From: an uncultured Gammaproteobacteria bacterium
Lineage (GTDB): Bacteria > Patescibacteriota > Microgenomatia > Levybacterales > UBA12049
DNA: 49,919 nt
Direction: 5' to 3'
Assembly (NCBI GenBank): GCA_964628435.1
Contig: CAZVON010000001.1
Span: 1 to 49,919 of the forward strand
Positions 25,690-34,306 of the stretch are shown here, one piece after another (the first letter of the stretch is position 1; every line of letters starts with the position of its first letter). The position numbers and the translations under genes are program-made. The notes under the pieces are model-generated. The model made no database searches and had not been told where the DNA came from. It worked only from the letters and a program-made list of their open reading frames with translations.

Positions 25690-27024
25690 CTAACGATAGA
25701 CTAGTCGTAAAAATGTTCTTGTTATGGTAATTGCCGAAAACATAGATACGAGCACACCAATTAATAACGTTACCGCAAATCCGCGCACAATTCCTGTTCC
25801 AAAGTACACGAGTATCAACGCGGTAATAATACTTGCGATATTAGAATCCCGAATGGAACTCCATGCTCTATTAAATCCCAATTCCATTGCAATATTGTAT
25901 GGTCTATTTCTCCGTAATTCTTCTCTCATACGTTCAAAAATAAGTATATTTGCATCGACAGCCATTCCAATGGATAATATAAACCCAGCAATTCCCGAAA
26001 GAGTAAGAGTTACGGGAATAAGTTTAAATATCGCCAAAACAAACAAGGTATATAATATTAACGCAAGATTCGCAATCAATCCTAATCGTCCATATAATAC
26101 ACTCATAAAAACAACAATTACCATAAACCCAAGAAATCCAGCAAATAAACTCTTCCGAAGCGAATCTAGCCCCAATGTCGCACCAATCGTGTTTTGTTGC
26201 AATATAGTAAGTGGAACGGGCAATGCACCTGCATTTAGCTGTGTCGCAAGCTGTTTTGCACTTTCTGTGGTAAAGTTGCCGGTAATTTGTCCGTTGTCAC
26301 GAATTGCTGATTGAACAGTTGGTGCCGAAACAAACTGCTCATCTAAAAAAATTGCCATTCTTTTATTTGTTAGCTTTTGAGTAGTTTTATAAAATTTTTC
26401 TTGAGCTAAACTTTTTACGCGAAACAAAACCACTGGTTGTCCAGTTTGTTGATCAAAAGAAACTTGTGCATCTTGTAAATCAGCGCCACTTAAGTCCGTT
26501 GGTAACGTGTCTTGAATCGTGGGTATTGCAGAAAGCGTCGCATCGGTAACCTCCCGAAATTCTAGTTTAGCAGTTGCTCCGACCAAAGAAACTGCCTGAT
26601 CGATATTAGTTATTCCAGGCAATTCTACAATGATTCTATACTCACTATTACCAACTGAAGTTTGGAGAACTGGTTCTGATACACCAAAAAAATTTACCCG
26701 TCGTTCTATAACTTCTTTTGCGGATTCAAGAGCCGCAACTCTTTGATCTTTTGGAATGCCCTCCATATCTGCCTTTAAGGTGATACTCGTTCCGCCTTCA
26801 AGATCTAGTCCTTTTCGAAACGAAAAATCAGTCATAACTCCAAAGGGTTTGAGAAAAAAATCTATTTGAGGACTAACGATTTTTTGATGAATACTTATTT
26901 TTTTGTTAATGAAAGGAATCGGAAATTCAAAAGCAATGGTAAATGATTTTGGGACATCAATGGAAATTGCGAAAATTGTTAATAAAACTATTAACCAAAA
27001 AAGGAAACGGGAATGCTTCTTCAT
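25690..27024 (-). CDS. secD: Protein translocase subunit SecD
   Basis: LGLDLxGG-like GLDLEGG, a P1 domain, and a C-terminal 6-TM block with VDANILIFERMREE. Confidence 0.9.
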   Translation of the reverse strand: MKKHSRFLFWLIVLLTIFAISIDVPKSFTIAFEFPIPFINKKISIHQKIVSPQIDFFLKPFGVMTDFSFRKGLDLEGGTSITLKADMEGIPKDQRVAALESAKEVIERRVNFFGVSEPVLQTSVGNSEYRIIVELPGITNIDQAVSLVGATAKLEFREVTDATLSAIPTIQDTLPTDLSGADLQDAQVSFDQQTGQPVVLFRVKSLAQEKFYKTTQKLTNKRMAIFLDEQFVSAPTVQSAIRDNGQITGNFTTESAKQLATQLNAGALPVPLTILQQNTIGATLGLDSLRKSLFAGFLGFMVIVVFMSVLYGRLGLIANLALILYTLFVLAIFKLIPVTLTLSGIAGFILSIGMAVDANILIFERMREELRRNRPYNIAMELGFNRAWSSIRDSNIASIITALILVYFGTGIVRGFAVTLLIGVLVSMFSAITITRTFLRLVYR

Positions 27025-27596
27025 GCAAGTAAATTTTCTTCATCTCCAATCAACATAACCCGAGAACCTGCTAATACAGAAAAAATAAAAGGATCCCTCT
27101 TTTTCTTTCGAAATTCAAATTCGTCTTCTGTCATTGCAGTATAATTTATTTCTTGCGATAAACGCCGTTCTTCGTTACGGATAAGAAGAGCAAGCTCTGG
27201 CAATACAATTGTGCCTACTACCAACAGGTCAACATCGTCAGGGTTTTTCTTAATCCTTCGAACAAATCTACCTGAAAACATTATATACTTCACTTTGCCA
27301 AGTTTTGCTCTGTTTTTTAACATCTCATCACCTATTCCAATTGTCTTTACTCCCAATTCAAGCAAATCATAATAAAATGAGTAAGTCCTAGAAAGTGAAT
27401 AATAAACTCGGTTAGCACGGGGCTCTTTGCTAAGAATTCCCTTTTTTTCTAAAAATAGAAGCTCTCTACGGACCGCATTTATTTCGTCGTTTGTCCTTCT
27501 TACTAGTTCCCGAACATGGTACATTTCAGAAGGAAATGCAAGAAAGACATTAAGAAGCTTAACTCTTGATTGTGATGTAATCAGATCTGCTAGCAT
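27021..27596 (-). CDS. Winged-helix (ArsR/MarR-like) DNA-binding protein with uncharacterised C-terminal domain
   Basis: N-terminal wHTH-like region SRVKLLNVFLAFPSEMYHVRELVRRTNDEINAVRRELLFLEKKGIL. It shares an ATGA junction with secD. Confidence 0.55.
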   Translation of the reverse strand: MLADLITSQSRVKLLNVFLAFPSEMYHVRELVRRTNDEINAVRRELLFLEKKGILSKEPRANRVYYSLSRTYSFYYDLLELGVKTIGIGDEMLKNRAKLGKVKYIMFSGRFVRRIKKNPDDVDLLVVGTIVLPELALLIRNEERRLSQEINYTAMTEDEFEFRKKKRDPFIFSVLAGSRVMLIGDEENLLA

Positions 27597-27603
27597 AAGC
27601 CCA

Positions 27604-28785
27604 CTATGAGACTGTTACTACTCCGTCGGTGGGCAGAATTTCAAACCAGATTGTTCCCCGCTCAAATGTTATACCACTTCCGTTTGAATCATACAAGAGG
27701 GTACGAGAAGTTCGTGAATCTTTTCTCCATGTTCCATTTACTCTTTTTCCATTAATAAATACTATCGCTTTCCCGGTACCTTTTGTTTTAAACAATAAAT
27801 GGAGGTTATTTTCATAACCATCATTTGCATTACTTTGTTGCATATATAAAACTACTACATTTTTCGCTGTGAGTTGTTTGTTTGAATTTTTATCTATATG
27901 TGTATTTCCACCATTATATCGTTTATATACATTCTGATTTTTATCATATACCCACTCTACAAAATAGTCTTTATAGCCTTCCCAAAATTCCAAACTCACT
28001 GACTGGTTATTACTCCTATCTTTTAATGGTGCTTCATCTTTAAAAGTATATGGTATAAAGTTTTCATCCCACGATTCATTTTCTTTATCTATATTGGTCA
28101 ACTTTCTGGATTTCGCGGCAAAGTTCCACAACTTACTGGTAGTAGAGTACATCGTGTGCTCTGTAGCGACAGTATGGCCTAAACGGTCATAGTCTCGCCA
28201 AAAAGTTGGGAATCCAATTGAAAATTGATTTAAATCATTATACCCTACCCAATCATAATCTTCGATTTGACCAAGCGCATTGGCAGGACCTGGAGTATTT
28301 GCTCCTCCCACATGAGCATATAATGGTGAAGCTCCATACTCAGAAATCATGTCTAAAAAGTATGTTCGTGCAGATCTAACTGGTCCAATTGGTTTTGCGT
28401 CCTGACAATAAAATATTGCCAAAAACCGCGTAATCCCACCCTCTGCTATTGCTTCGTATATCACATCTGCGACCGATAAACCAGATTGTGGACGAGATTC
28501 TTGATGATTTTCTATCATGACACCTAAAGGACGATGCTTTTCCCACCACTGCCGTTGTTGTTTTGAATAAAGTGCCCCGTTTAATGGACACGGCTCTGTT
28601 TTGGGAAGATCAGCATCAAATGCCACGCCATTGCTACCTGATTTTGTCGTAAGTGGAGAAGCAGAAGGAACAGCTTTTTTAATCACTGGACTCTGAGAAA
28701 AAAGCGCATATGAGACCCCAGTTACGACAAAAAAAATTCCGAAGGCAAGTAAAATAAGAATTATAGAATTTTTATTCTTATTCAT
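27604..28785 (-). CDS. DUF3048 (YerB-like) secreted/lipoprotein-type protein
   Basis: N-terminal TM/signal sequence. PLGVMIENHQESRPQSGLSVADVIYEAIAEGGITRFLAIF is characteristic of DUF3048. Confidence 0.75.
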   Translation of the reverse strand: MNKNKNSIILILLAFGIFFVVTGVSYALFSQSPVIKKAVPSASPLTTKSGSNGVAFDADLPKTEPCPLNGALYSKQQRQWWEKHRPLGVMIENHQESRPQSGLSVADVIYEAIAEGGITRFLAIFYCQDAKPIGPVRSARTYFLDMISEYGASPLYAHVGGANTPGPANALGQIEDYDWVGYNDLNQFSIGFPTFWRDYDRLGHTVATEHTMYSTTSKLWNFAAKSRKLTNIDKENESWDENFIPYTFKDEAPLKDRSNNQSVSLEFWEGYKDYFVEWVYDKNQNVYKRYNGGNTHIDKNSNKQLTAKNVVVLYMQQSNANDGYENNLHLLFKTKGTGKAIVFINGKRVNGTWRKDSRTSRTLLYDSNGSGITFERGTIWFEILPTDGVVTVS

Positions 28786-28804
28786 CTTTATACATGTAGA
28801 CTAC

Positions 28805-29260
28805 TCAATTCGCTTCACGAATTGCTTTTTTTTCCTCATCGGATAAATTATGATCAACTCCATTGCCGTTTTGTACTTTTTTGGCATACCATCTAGTCCC
28901 CGATCTTGAATACAATCCAGAAACAACGACCCCTGTATCTGCCCTATCTAATAGGGCTAATGTAAAACTCTGATCACCACCTGTATCATTAAATGGGTTA
29001 AACCGTATAAGACCAACTTTTTGTATATGTGCTAATCCGTCTCTTTTTATTGTATCACAATTTTTTTTTAAAAAATCAATATCCTTTTCTACTGTATTTA
29101 AATTTTTTACCAGTTCATCCAATACTTGCATCAATGACCGATGGTGAACACCTTTTGTCAATCTATTGTAATGAGAGTACATTTGCCATACAAGTATTGC
29201 TTGAATAATAAAGAGTATAAATAAAACAAAAATAGCTCCAATCTGGAAGTAAACTGGCAT
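28805..29260 (-). CDS. DUF4446 family protein
   Basis: N-terminal TM, with VGLIRFNPFNDTGGDQSFTLALLD...GVVVSGLYSRSGTRWYAK typical of DUF4446. Confidence 0.75.
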   Translation of the reverse strand: MPVYFQIGAIFVLFILFIIQAILVWQMYSHYNRLTKGVHHRSLMQVLDELVKNLNTVEKDIDFLKKNCDTIKRDGLAHIQKVGLIRFNPFNDTGGDQSFTLALLDRADTGVVVSGLYSRSGTRWYAKKVQNGNGVDHNLSDEEKKAIREAN

Positions 29261-29280
29261 ACATGAGTTATGTTAGCCTC

Positions 29281-29309
29281 TTGACAGCTTCGTGTCAATA
29301 GTGTAATCT
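29281..29309 (+). promoter_or_regulatory. Sigma70-like promoter
   Basis: CCTC-TTGACA (29281-29286), a 17-nt spacer, then TAATCT (29304-29309). The ATG lies 13 nt downstream. Confidence 0.55.
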
Positions 29310-29322
29310 TTGCCTATTCCCG

Positions 29323-29607
29323 ATGAGTAAGAACCGAAAAACCCGCCATCAAAAAATTATTGCTGACCTTCGTCGACAGCTGTCAAAGTCTCAACCAATG
29401 TATACTCTTTCTTCACCGAGTCGACAAAATAATGTTATTATTTCTCCTTATACGCCACCTGTTATTTCCACAAGCAGTACTACGTCGTTTTTGTCGCACG
29501 ATCTAAGAAAAACAGCATTAGTTACTGTAGCAATTCTTTCTCTAGAACTTTTTGTTTATTTTCTCTTAACAAATCAGATACTCAAATTGTCGATAGTTGA
29601 ATATTAA
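29323..29607 (+). CDS. Hypothetical small membrane protein
   Basis: 94 aa with a basic N-terminus (KNRKTRHQKIIADLRRQL) and a C-terminal TM. Confidence 0.6.
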   Translation: MSKNRKTRHQKIIADLRRQLSKSQPMYTLSSPSRQNNVIISPYTPPVISTSSTTSFLSHDLRKTALVTVAILSLELFVYFLLTNQILKLSIVEY

Positions 29608-29642
29608 AACAATGTGGCACTGAAAGGAGGTGAAATAAACCT

Positions 29643-29789
29643 ATGATGCAAAAAATGTATTGTGTAAAATGCCGAGACAGCAGAGATGTTGATGCGGAAC
29701 CAGTAACCATGAAAAATGGAAAATCTGCTTGGACTGGAAAATGTCCTGTATGTGGAACAAAAACTTTTAAGATTGGCAAGAAGCAATAG
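29643..29789 (+). CDS. 48-aa CxxC...CxxC zinc-ribbon protein (DUF5679-like)
   Basis: Not in the ORF track. AAAGGAGGTGAAA lies upstream. The sequence is MMQKMYCVKCRDSRDVDAEPVTMKNGKSAWTGKCPVCGTKTFKIGKKQ. The track lists only antisense ORFs here. Confidence 0.7.
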   Translation: MMQKMYCVKCRDSRDVDAEPVTMKNGKSAWTGKCPVCGTKTFKIGKKQ

Positions 29790-29872
29790 TAAACCTTAAT
29801 ACTGCAGTTATTATATAACTGACGATTATTCGTTTCTTGAATTTTTTTAAAACAACGAATTCAAGAGTATAG

Positions 29873-29899
29873 AAAACCCCCGATAAAAGCGGGGGTTTT
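29873..29899. terminator. Bidirectional intrinsic terminator between convergent small genes
   Basis: Stem AAAACCCCCG (29873-29882) / CGGGGGTTTT (29890-29899) with a 7-nt loop. The A-tract on the left and T-tract on the right would serve both strands. Confidence 0.75.
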
Positions 29900-29911
29900 T
29901 ATTGCAATAGG

Positions 29912-30070
29912 TCAATCACCACAACATGGATCTTTATACCCACAATTTCTGCATACAGCATCTTTGCTCCCTGGCATGTCTCCTATGGGTGTTGTGCATA
30001 CCGGACAAGCTTGAGTTCTAAAATATGCTTCTTGAGTTTTTACGTTTTTCTCGTTCACCTTTGTATCCAT
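29912..30070 (-). CDS. Small cysteine-rich protein (CPVC...CRNC...CC)
   Basis: MDTKVNEKNVKTQEAYFRTQACPVCTTPIGDMPGSKDAVCRNCGYKDPCCGD. The ATG at 30070 follows the ferredoxin stop by 7 nt. The track start at 30118 would overlap the ferredoxin tail. Confidence 0.55.
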   Translation of the reverse strand: MDTKVNEKNVKTQEAYFRTQACPVCTTPIGDMPGSKDAVCRNCGYKDPCCGD

Positions 30071-30077
30071 GACAAGA

Positions 30078-30349
30078 TTAGGAAGGCCAGATCTGTCTAA
30101 TCTCTTTTCCTTCTTCATCGACTTCTATAATTACTATCGCGTTAACTGGACAAGATTTTGCTGCATAAAGAGTATTTTCTCCCTCACTATCAATATGTGA
30201 ATAGTCAACAAAGTCAGATGTGATACTTCCATCTTTTTTTTTAATTACTGTTTCCCCTCGTTATCTAATTGGAATGTATCTGGAGCAATAGCAGAACAAC
30301 TTGCAGCGCCAATACATAATTGTCTATCAACTTTAACTTTGAATGGCAT
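30078..30349 (-). pseudogene. Single-cluster ferredoxin (CxxxxxC...CP type) interrupted by a 1-nt frameshift
   Basis: Hand translation gives MPFKVKVDRQLCIGAASCSAIAPDTFQLDNEGKQ* in one frame. It continues as (E)TVIKKKDGSITSDFVDYSHIDSEGENTLYAAKSCPVNAIVIIEV... in the -1 frame. The switch must lie in GAGGGGAAACAG (+ strand 30251-30257 region). Confidence 0.65.
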
Positions 30350-30384
30350 AAGATTATTTAACACGATCTATTTTCTACTTTCAA

Positions 30385-30786
30385 TTATCTATTATCAAAT
30401 TGTTGTAAGCAATCTTTTAAAACTACAAATGCCAGTAGAGCACATTTTTTTCGTGTCTCTGAAATTTCTATTCCCAGCAATCCTAACATACTCGCTTCGG
30501 AAAAGTTTGTTAGTTTGACAATGCTTCTTCCTTTAACATACTCTGTTAAAAGAGACGCAGCAGCAATACTAATCGCACAACCTTTTCCCATAAATCTAAC
30601 TTTACTTACAATCTTATTGTCTCTTCTCGTTCTTCTTTCTCTTGTACCCCATTTCATACACATTTCTATTTCATCTCCACATAACGGATTTCTCTGATAT
30701 GAATAAACATCAAATTGTAATAATTTACCAAAGTTTAAAGGATTTCGATAATGCTCTAAAATTTCTTCTTTATATATGGATGTCAT
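30385..30786 (-). CDS. sufU: NifU/IscU/SufU-type Fe-S cluster scaffold protein
   Basis: ILEHYRNPLNFG, NPLCGDEIEM, GKGCAISIAAASLLTE and a C-terminal KKCALLA. The ATG at 30786 forms an ATGA junction with the upstream gene. Confidence 0.85.
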   Translation of the reverse strand: MTSIYKEEILEHYRNPLNFGKLLQFDVYSYQRNPLCGDEIEMCMKWGTRERRTRRDNKIVSKVRFMGKGCAISIAAASLLTEYVKGRSIVKLTNFSEASMLGLLGIEISETRKKCALLAFVVLKDCLQQFDNR

Positions 30787-32219
30787 ATCTTTTTCTCCCA
30801 AATTAAAAATCCATGAATTTTTTGAATGGGTTTGTAATGTCTCTGTATAAAATCAGATATATATGACCCTTCCCAATTATAATGTGTAATAATAATTACT
30901 ACATTTTTGTTTTGAAGATTTTTAATAATTTCTGATTTATATGGAGCATAGAATGAAGAAAAATCCACAATATCAAATTTTGTTGGATTATTCCTATCTG
31001 CAAAAAAATAAACCATTGGCTCATACTCATTGACGAATATATAGTCTCCTTTTTGGGTATGGGCACCTACGTATGCTGATATCTTCTGAATTTCATACTT
31101 ATGAGAAGAGAATCCCCAAATATTCACTTTAGGGTGATCAATAAAATACTTCTGGTCAATAAGGGGAGCTTCCCAATTATAATATCCTTTAAATAGCGCC
31201 GTATAAAAGCCTAAACCTACCAATAGTGCGGAAAGCAACAAAAATACTTTCTTATATCTTGAATACTGAATAAGTAAAAAAATAGGAATTGCAGATATTG
31301 CAAGAAGCGGAACGAGATGAACATAGTCAGTTGTTGGTCGAATTCCTAAAATATAAAATAGCAGTACAAATGTATTTAAAAAAAAATAGTTTCTCTTCTT
31401 AACAAAAATTAATGTAAATAGTGAAAAGATCAACGGACAAATATATATAACAATTTTACCCAATGTCCATAAAAATCCTGAGTGATATAAATAGGACGTG
31501 TCTAGCGCTCTTTCAAAAATAATTCTTTTAATGGTATATTCGTAAAAATCGGTATAAAAGGCAAGCAATGACCCGGTGGTAAGCAGATATAAAAAAAATA
31601 TTGACGAAGCAGTAATAAATCCCGCTATGGTGTAAAAAACAAATTTGGTTTTGCGAAAATCTCTTGCAAATATAAAAAACAATACCATATTAAAAACCAT
31701 TCCTGCACCAAAGTTTGGTTTTGATAGAATCGCAACAAGAGTTGTAAATCCGGCCCAAAACAAATAAATAGTTTTTTTTGCGTGGAATGCTTTTAACAAA
31801 AGCCAACAATTAAGTATGCCAAATAGAAGAGAAATCATAACTGGCCACACAAAATTTACATGAGTGGGTCCCCAGGCAAGATAGACAAAAGCTGGAATGA
31901 AAGAAAGATATATTCCCCCCCTCAATAATCGAGCAAGTTTATACAGAATAATTAAGGCCACCAAAGAGACAATAAGCGCGGTAAGACGCGACGCAAGAAT
32001 ACTTACTCCGAAGAGGTTAAATCCCAGTACTGTAATAAAAATACTTAACGGTGTATATGCAAAATGAAAATCTTTATAGGGAATTTGCCCTTGTAATACA
32101 CGCTTCGCGCTATACAGAATATATCCATCGTCTGAATAAAAAATACCGCGAGTGTGAAAAAACAAAAGAACCAATAATATTAAAATCCAAATAGCGATAA
32201 ACGCATATTTACTTCCCAT
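30783..32219 (-). CDS. Polytopic GT-C fold glycosyltransferase (GT39/ArnT/PMT-like)
   Basis: About 12 TM segments, an acidic first-loop motif YSDDGY, and a C-terminal soluble domain. Confidence 0.55.
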   Translation of the reverse strand: MGSKYAFIAIWILILLVLLFFHTRGIFYSDDGYILYSAKRVLQGQIPYKDFHFAYTPLSIFITVLGFNLFGVSILASRLTALIVSLVALIILYKLARLLRGGIYLSFIPAFVYLAWGPTHVNFVWPVMISLLFGILNCWLLLKAFHAKKTIYLFWAGFTTLVAILSKPNFGAGMVFNMVLFFIFARDFRKTKFVFYTIAGFITASSIFFLYLLTTGSLLAFYTDFYEYTIKRIIFERALDTSYLYHSGFLWTLGKIVIYICPLIFSLFTLIFVKKRNYFFLNTFVLLFYILGIRPTTDYVHLVPLLAISAIPIFLLIQYSRYKKVFLLLSALLVGLGFYTALFKGYYNWEAPLIDQKYFIDHPKVNIWGFSSHKYEIQKISAYVGAHTQKGDYIFVNEYEPMVYFFADRNNPTKFDIVDFSSFYAPYKSEIIKNLQNKNVVIIITHYNWEGSYISDFIQRHYKPIQKIHGFLIWEKKI

Positions 32220-32223
32220 GTGC

Positions 32224-32982
32224 TTAGATTAAAAATTTACATACAAGAGGCAGATGATCAGAAATATCTACTTGAGGACAAGAATGTTTAAGAATATTTA
32301 CATCACTGCTTACAAAAATCATGTCTACAACCGCGCCTGCATAACCCGAATTTATTTTACGCTTCATATTAAAAGTAGACTTGAGCTTTCGATCGAATAC
32401 ATTTATTAAGTGTTGTTCTATGTTAACAATTGTTTGTGTTGTTGGTCGTACATTAAAATCACCTGCTAAAACCACGTATTGTTTATCTTTTACCTGCTCA
32501 ATAATTTTTCTGCTCATCGCCAGTCTTCTTTTTGTATCTTCATTTCCATTTAAATACCATGGACCATGAGTGTTAAAAATATTCAATATCTTTTCATTTA
32601 CTATAATTTCTACATGCTGTAAGTTACATGGCCAATCTGTCCAATCTGTTTCGGTTTCTTCATAGCGTTCGCCAAAAGGAACATCATAAAAAAGAACATT
32701 TTGGGAAGCAATTGGAAATTTAGACAAAACCGCATTACCCTGTTCTATTTTTCCAAACGACCGCACATCTATAATTTGTGGCGCAAAAGAAGAGTAGGGA
32801 AGAGGCAATTGTGCTTTTAATACATCTACTGATCGAAACTTTGGATCTAAATTACTCTCTTTACCATTATATGCCTCTTGCATTGCGATTATATCTGGAT
32901 TCTCTTTTTTTAAAAATTCAATTAAATTTCCTAGTAAATTTCCTCCTTGCCAAATATTTATGGTAATAAATTTAATCCTCAT
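32224..32982 (-). CDS. Endonuclease/exonuclease/phosphatase (EEP) family protein
   Basis: ITINIWQGG...PDIIAMQEA N-terminus, LAGDFN, and a C-terminal SDHLPL. Confidence 0.8.
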   Translation of the reverse strand: MRIKFITINIWQGGNLLGNLIEFLKKENPDIIAMQEAYNGKESNLDPKFRSVDVLKAQLPLPYSSFAPQIIDVRSFGKIEQGNAVLSKFPIASQNVLFYDVPFGERYEETETDWTDWPCNLQHVEIIVNEKILNIFNTHGPWYLNGNEDTKRRLAMSRKIIEQVKDKQYVVLAGDFNVRPTTQTIVNIEQHLINVFDRKLKSTFNMKRKINSGYAGAVVDMIFVSSDVNILKHSCPQVDISDHLPLVCKFLI

Positions 32983-34208
32983 GGTAATTTAAATATCTTT
33001 CTAATTTTTTCCATGCCTTTTATAAATCGGTCAATATCTTCTTTGTTATTATACAAATAAAAACTTATCCGTGCTGAAGCTGGCACGCCTAATCTATTAT
33101 GTAATGGCATCGCACAATGATGTCCTGCCCGAATACAAATCCCCAAATCCCCTAAAACGTGGGCAATGTCATGGGGATGGATTCCGACAAGATTGAACGA
33201 AATGATCCCAGCTCTATGTTGAATATCAGTTGGTCCATATATGCTAATTCCGATAATTTGAGACATGCGTGATAAACAATAAGAGATAAGCTTTTGTTCG
33301 TGCTTTTGAATCGTTTCCATACCGATATTTTCTAAATAATCAATTGCTGCGCCAAGACTCACAATACCTGCAATATCTGGAGTTCCTGCTTCAAATTTTG
33401 ACGGTGGGGGATTAAATATGGTTTTTTTTACATATACTTCTTGAATCATATCACTCCCGAACAAAAATGGCGGCATCTGTTCTAAGAGTTTTTTCTTTCC
33501 ATATAAGACTCCAATTCCAGTCCCAGCTAACATTTTATGGCCAGAAAAAGCTAAAAAATCACATCCCATTTCTTGTGCGTCGATTTTCATATGAGGCACA
33601 GATTGGGCACTGTCGACAACTATGGTAATATCTTTTTTAATTTTTTTTACTTTTTTTATAATCTCTTGAACTGGATTAATTGTTCCTAAAACATTTGAGA
33701 CATGTGATATTGCTAATAATTTTGAATGTTGGATTTTAGACTCTAAATTTTGAATATCCAAATATCCGTTTTGACCAATATCTATGACCTTAAGCTCAGA
33801 TTTTTTTTGGAAACACATTTGTTGCCATGGAACGAAGTTACTGTGATGCTCCATAATACTTGTCGTAATTCCCTGCCCCTTTTTAAGATTGTGCGACATG
33901 AAAGATTGTGCCACTACATTAATTGCTTCGGTGCTGTTGCGAACAAATATAATCTCTTCATGGCTTTGCGCATTAATAAACCGTGCTACTTTCTTACGGA
34001 CCTCTTCTATCTTTTGTGTTGCTTTTTCTGCCAATGGATATAAACCTCGTCTGACATTCGCGTTGTATGTCGTGTAGAATTCTTGAACTGCGTCCACTAC
34101 GTGCTGTGGCTTTTGACTAGTCGCCGCAGAATCTAAATATACCAGTGGGTTACCATTTATGGATTGTTTGAAAATTGGAAAATCTTTTTTAATATCAGAT
34201 GAAATCAT
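32979..34208 (-). CDS. sufS: Cysteine desulfurase, SufS type (class V aminotransferase)
   Basis: YLDSAATSQKP, the SGHKM PLP-lysine region, and RAGHHCAMPL with the catalytic Cys. Confidence 0.9.
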   Translation of the reverse strand: MISSDIKKDFPIFKQSINGNPLVYLDSAATSQKPQHVVDAVQEFYTTYNANVRRGLYPLAEKATQKIEEVRKKVARFINAQSHEEIIFVRNSTEAINVVAQSFMSHNLKKGQGITTSIMEHHSNFVPWQQMCFQKKSELKVIDIGQNGYLDIQNLESKIQHSKLLAISHVSNVLGTINPVQEIIKKVKKIKKDITIVVDSAQSVPHMKIDAQEMGCDFLAFSGHKMLAGTGIGVLYGKKKLLEQMPPFLFGSDMIQEVYVKKTIFNPPPSKFEAGTPDIAGIVSLGAAIDYLENIGMETIQKHEQKLISYCLSRMSQIIGISIYGPTDIQHRAGIISFNLVGIHPHDIAHVLGDLGICIRAGHHCAMPLHNRLGVPASARISFYLYNNKEDIDRFIKGMEKIRKIFKLP

Positions 34209-34306
34209 GATATAAAATGTGAGATGTTTATCTTTAATTTTTAATGAGAATATTTCAAGTGTATATTTTAAAGTTCAGTTTTCAATGGAAATTTTAAATT
34301 GAAAAT

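Noticed and set aside
25724-26314. 196-aa + strand ORF antisense to secD. Similar long antisense ORFs occur at 36384-36731, 34599-34952, 45794-46234, 41164-41520 and 452-763.
   Set aside because: Each lies opposite a gene with unmistakable family motifs and has low-complexity, hydrophobic or Ser/Ile-rich products with no start context. They are typical shadow ORFs of AT-rich coding DNA.
29582-29786. Two overlapping minus-strand ORFs (65 and 60 aa) from the ORF track.
   Set aside because: The + strand here has a strong SD, a CxxC...CxxC zinc-ribbon ORF and a terminator. The minus-strand products look random.
30251-30257. Programmed -1 ribosomal frameshift at G GGG AAA C in the ferredoxin gene.
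   Set aside because: In the zero frame the codons are GGG AAA, not the X XXY YYZ arrangement. A-site re-pairing would be AAA to GAA, and I saw no obvious downstream stimulatory structure. A simple indel or sequencing error is more parsimonious.
30601-30660. Arg-rich 9-aa extra segment (GTRERRTRR) between the first two conserved Cys of the SufU-like scaffold.
   Set aside because: It has no nucleotide similarity to the repeat element and is purine-rich coding sequence. It is probably ordinary loop variation, which I cannot evaluate without an alignment.
34279-34305. AT-only palindrome TTTTCAAT-N11-ATTGAAAA in the sufD-sufS spacer, considered as a fourth copy of the repeat element.
   Set aside because: It shares only the generic GAATTTT/TTGAAAA flavour and lacks the GTCTTGSCGAAGG core. 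The similarity is not distinguishable from AT-rich background.
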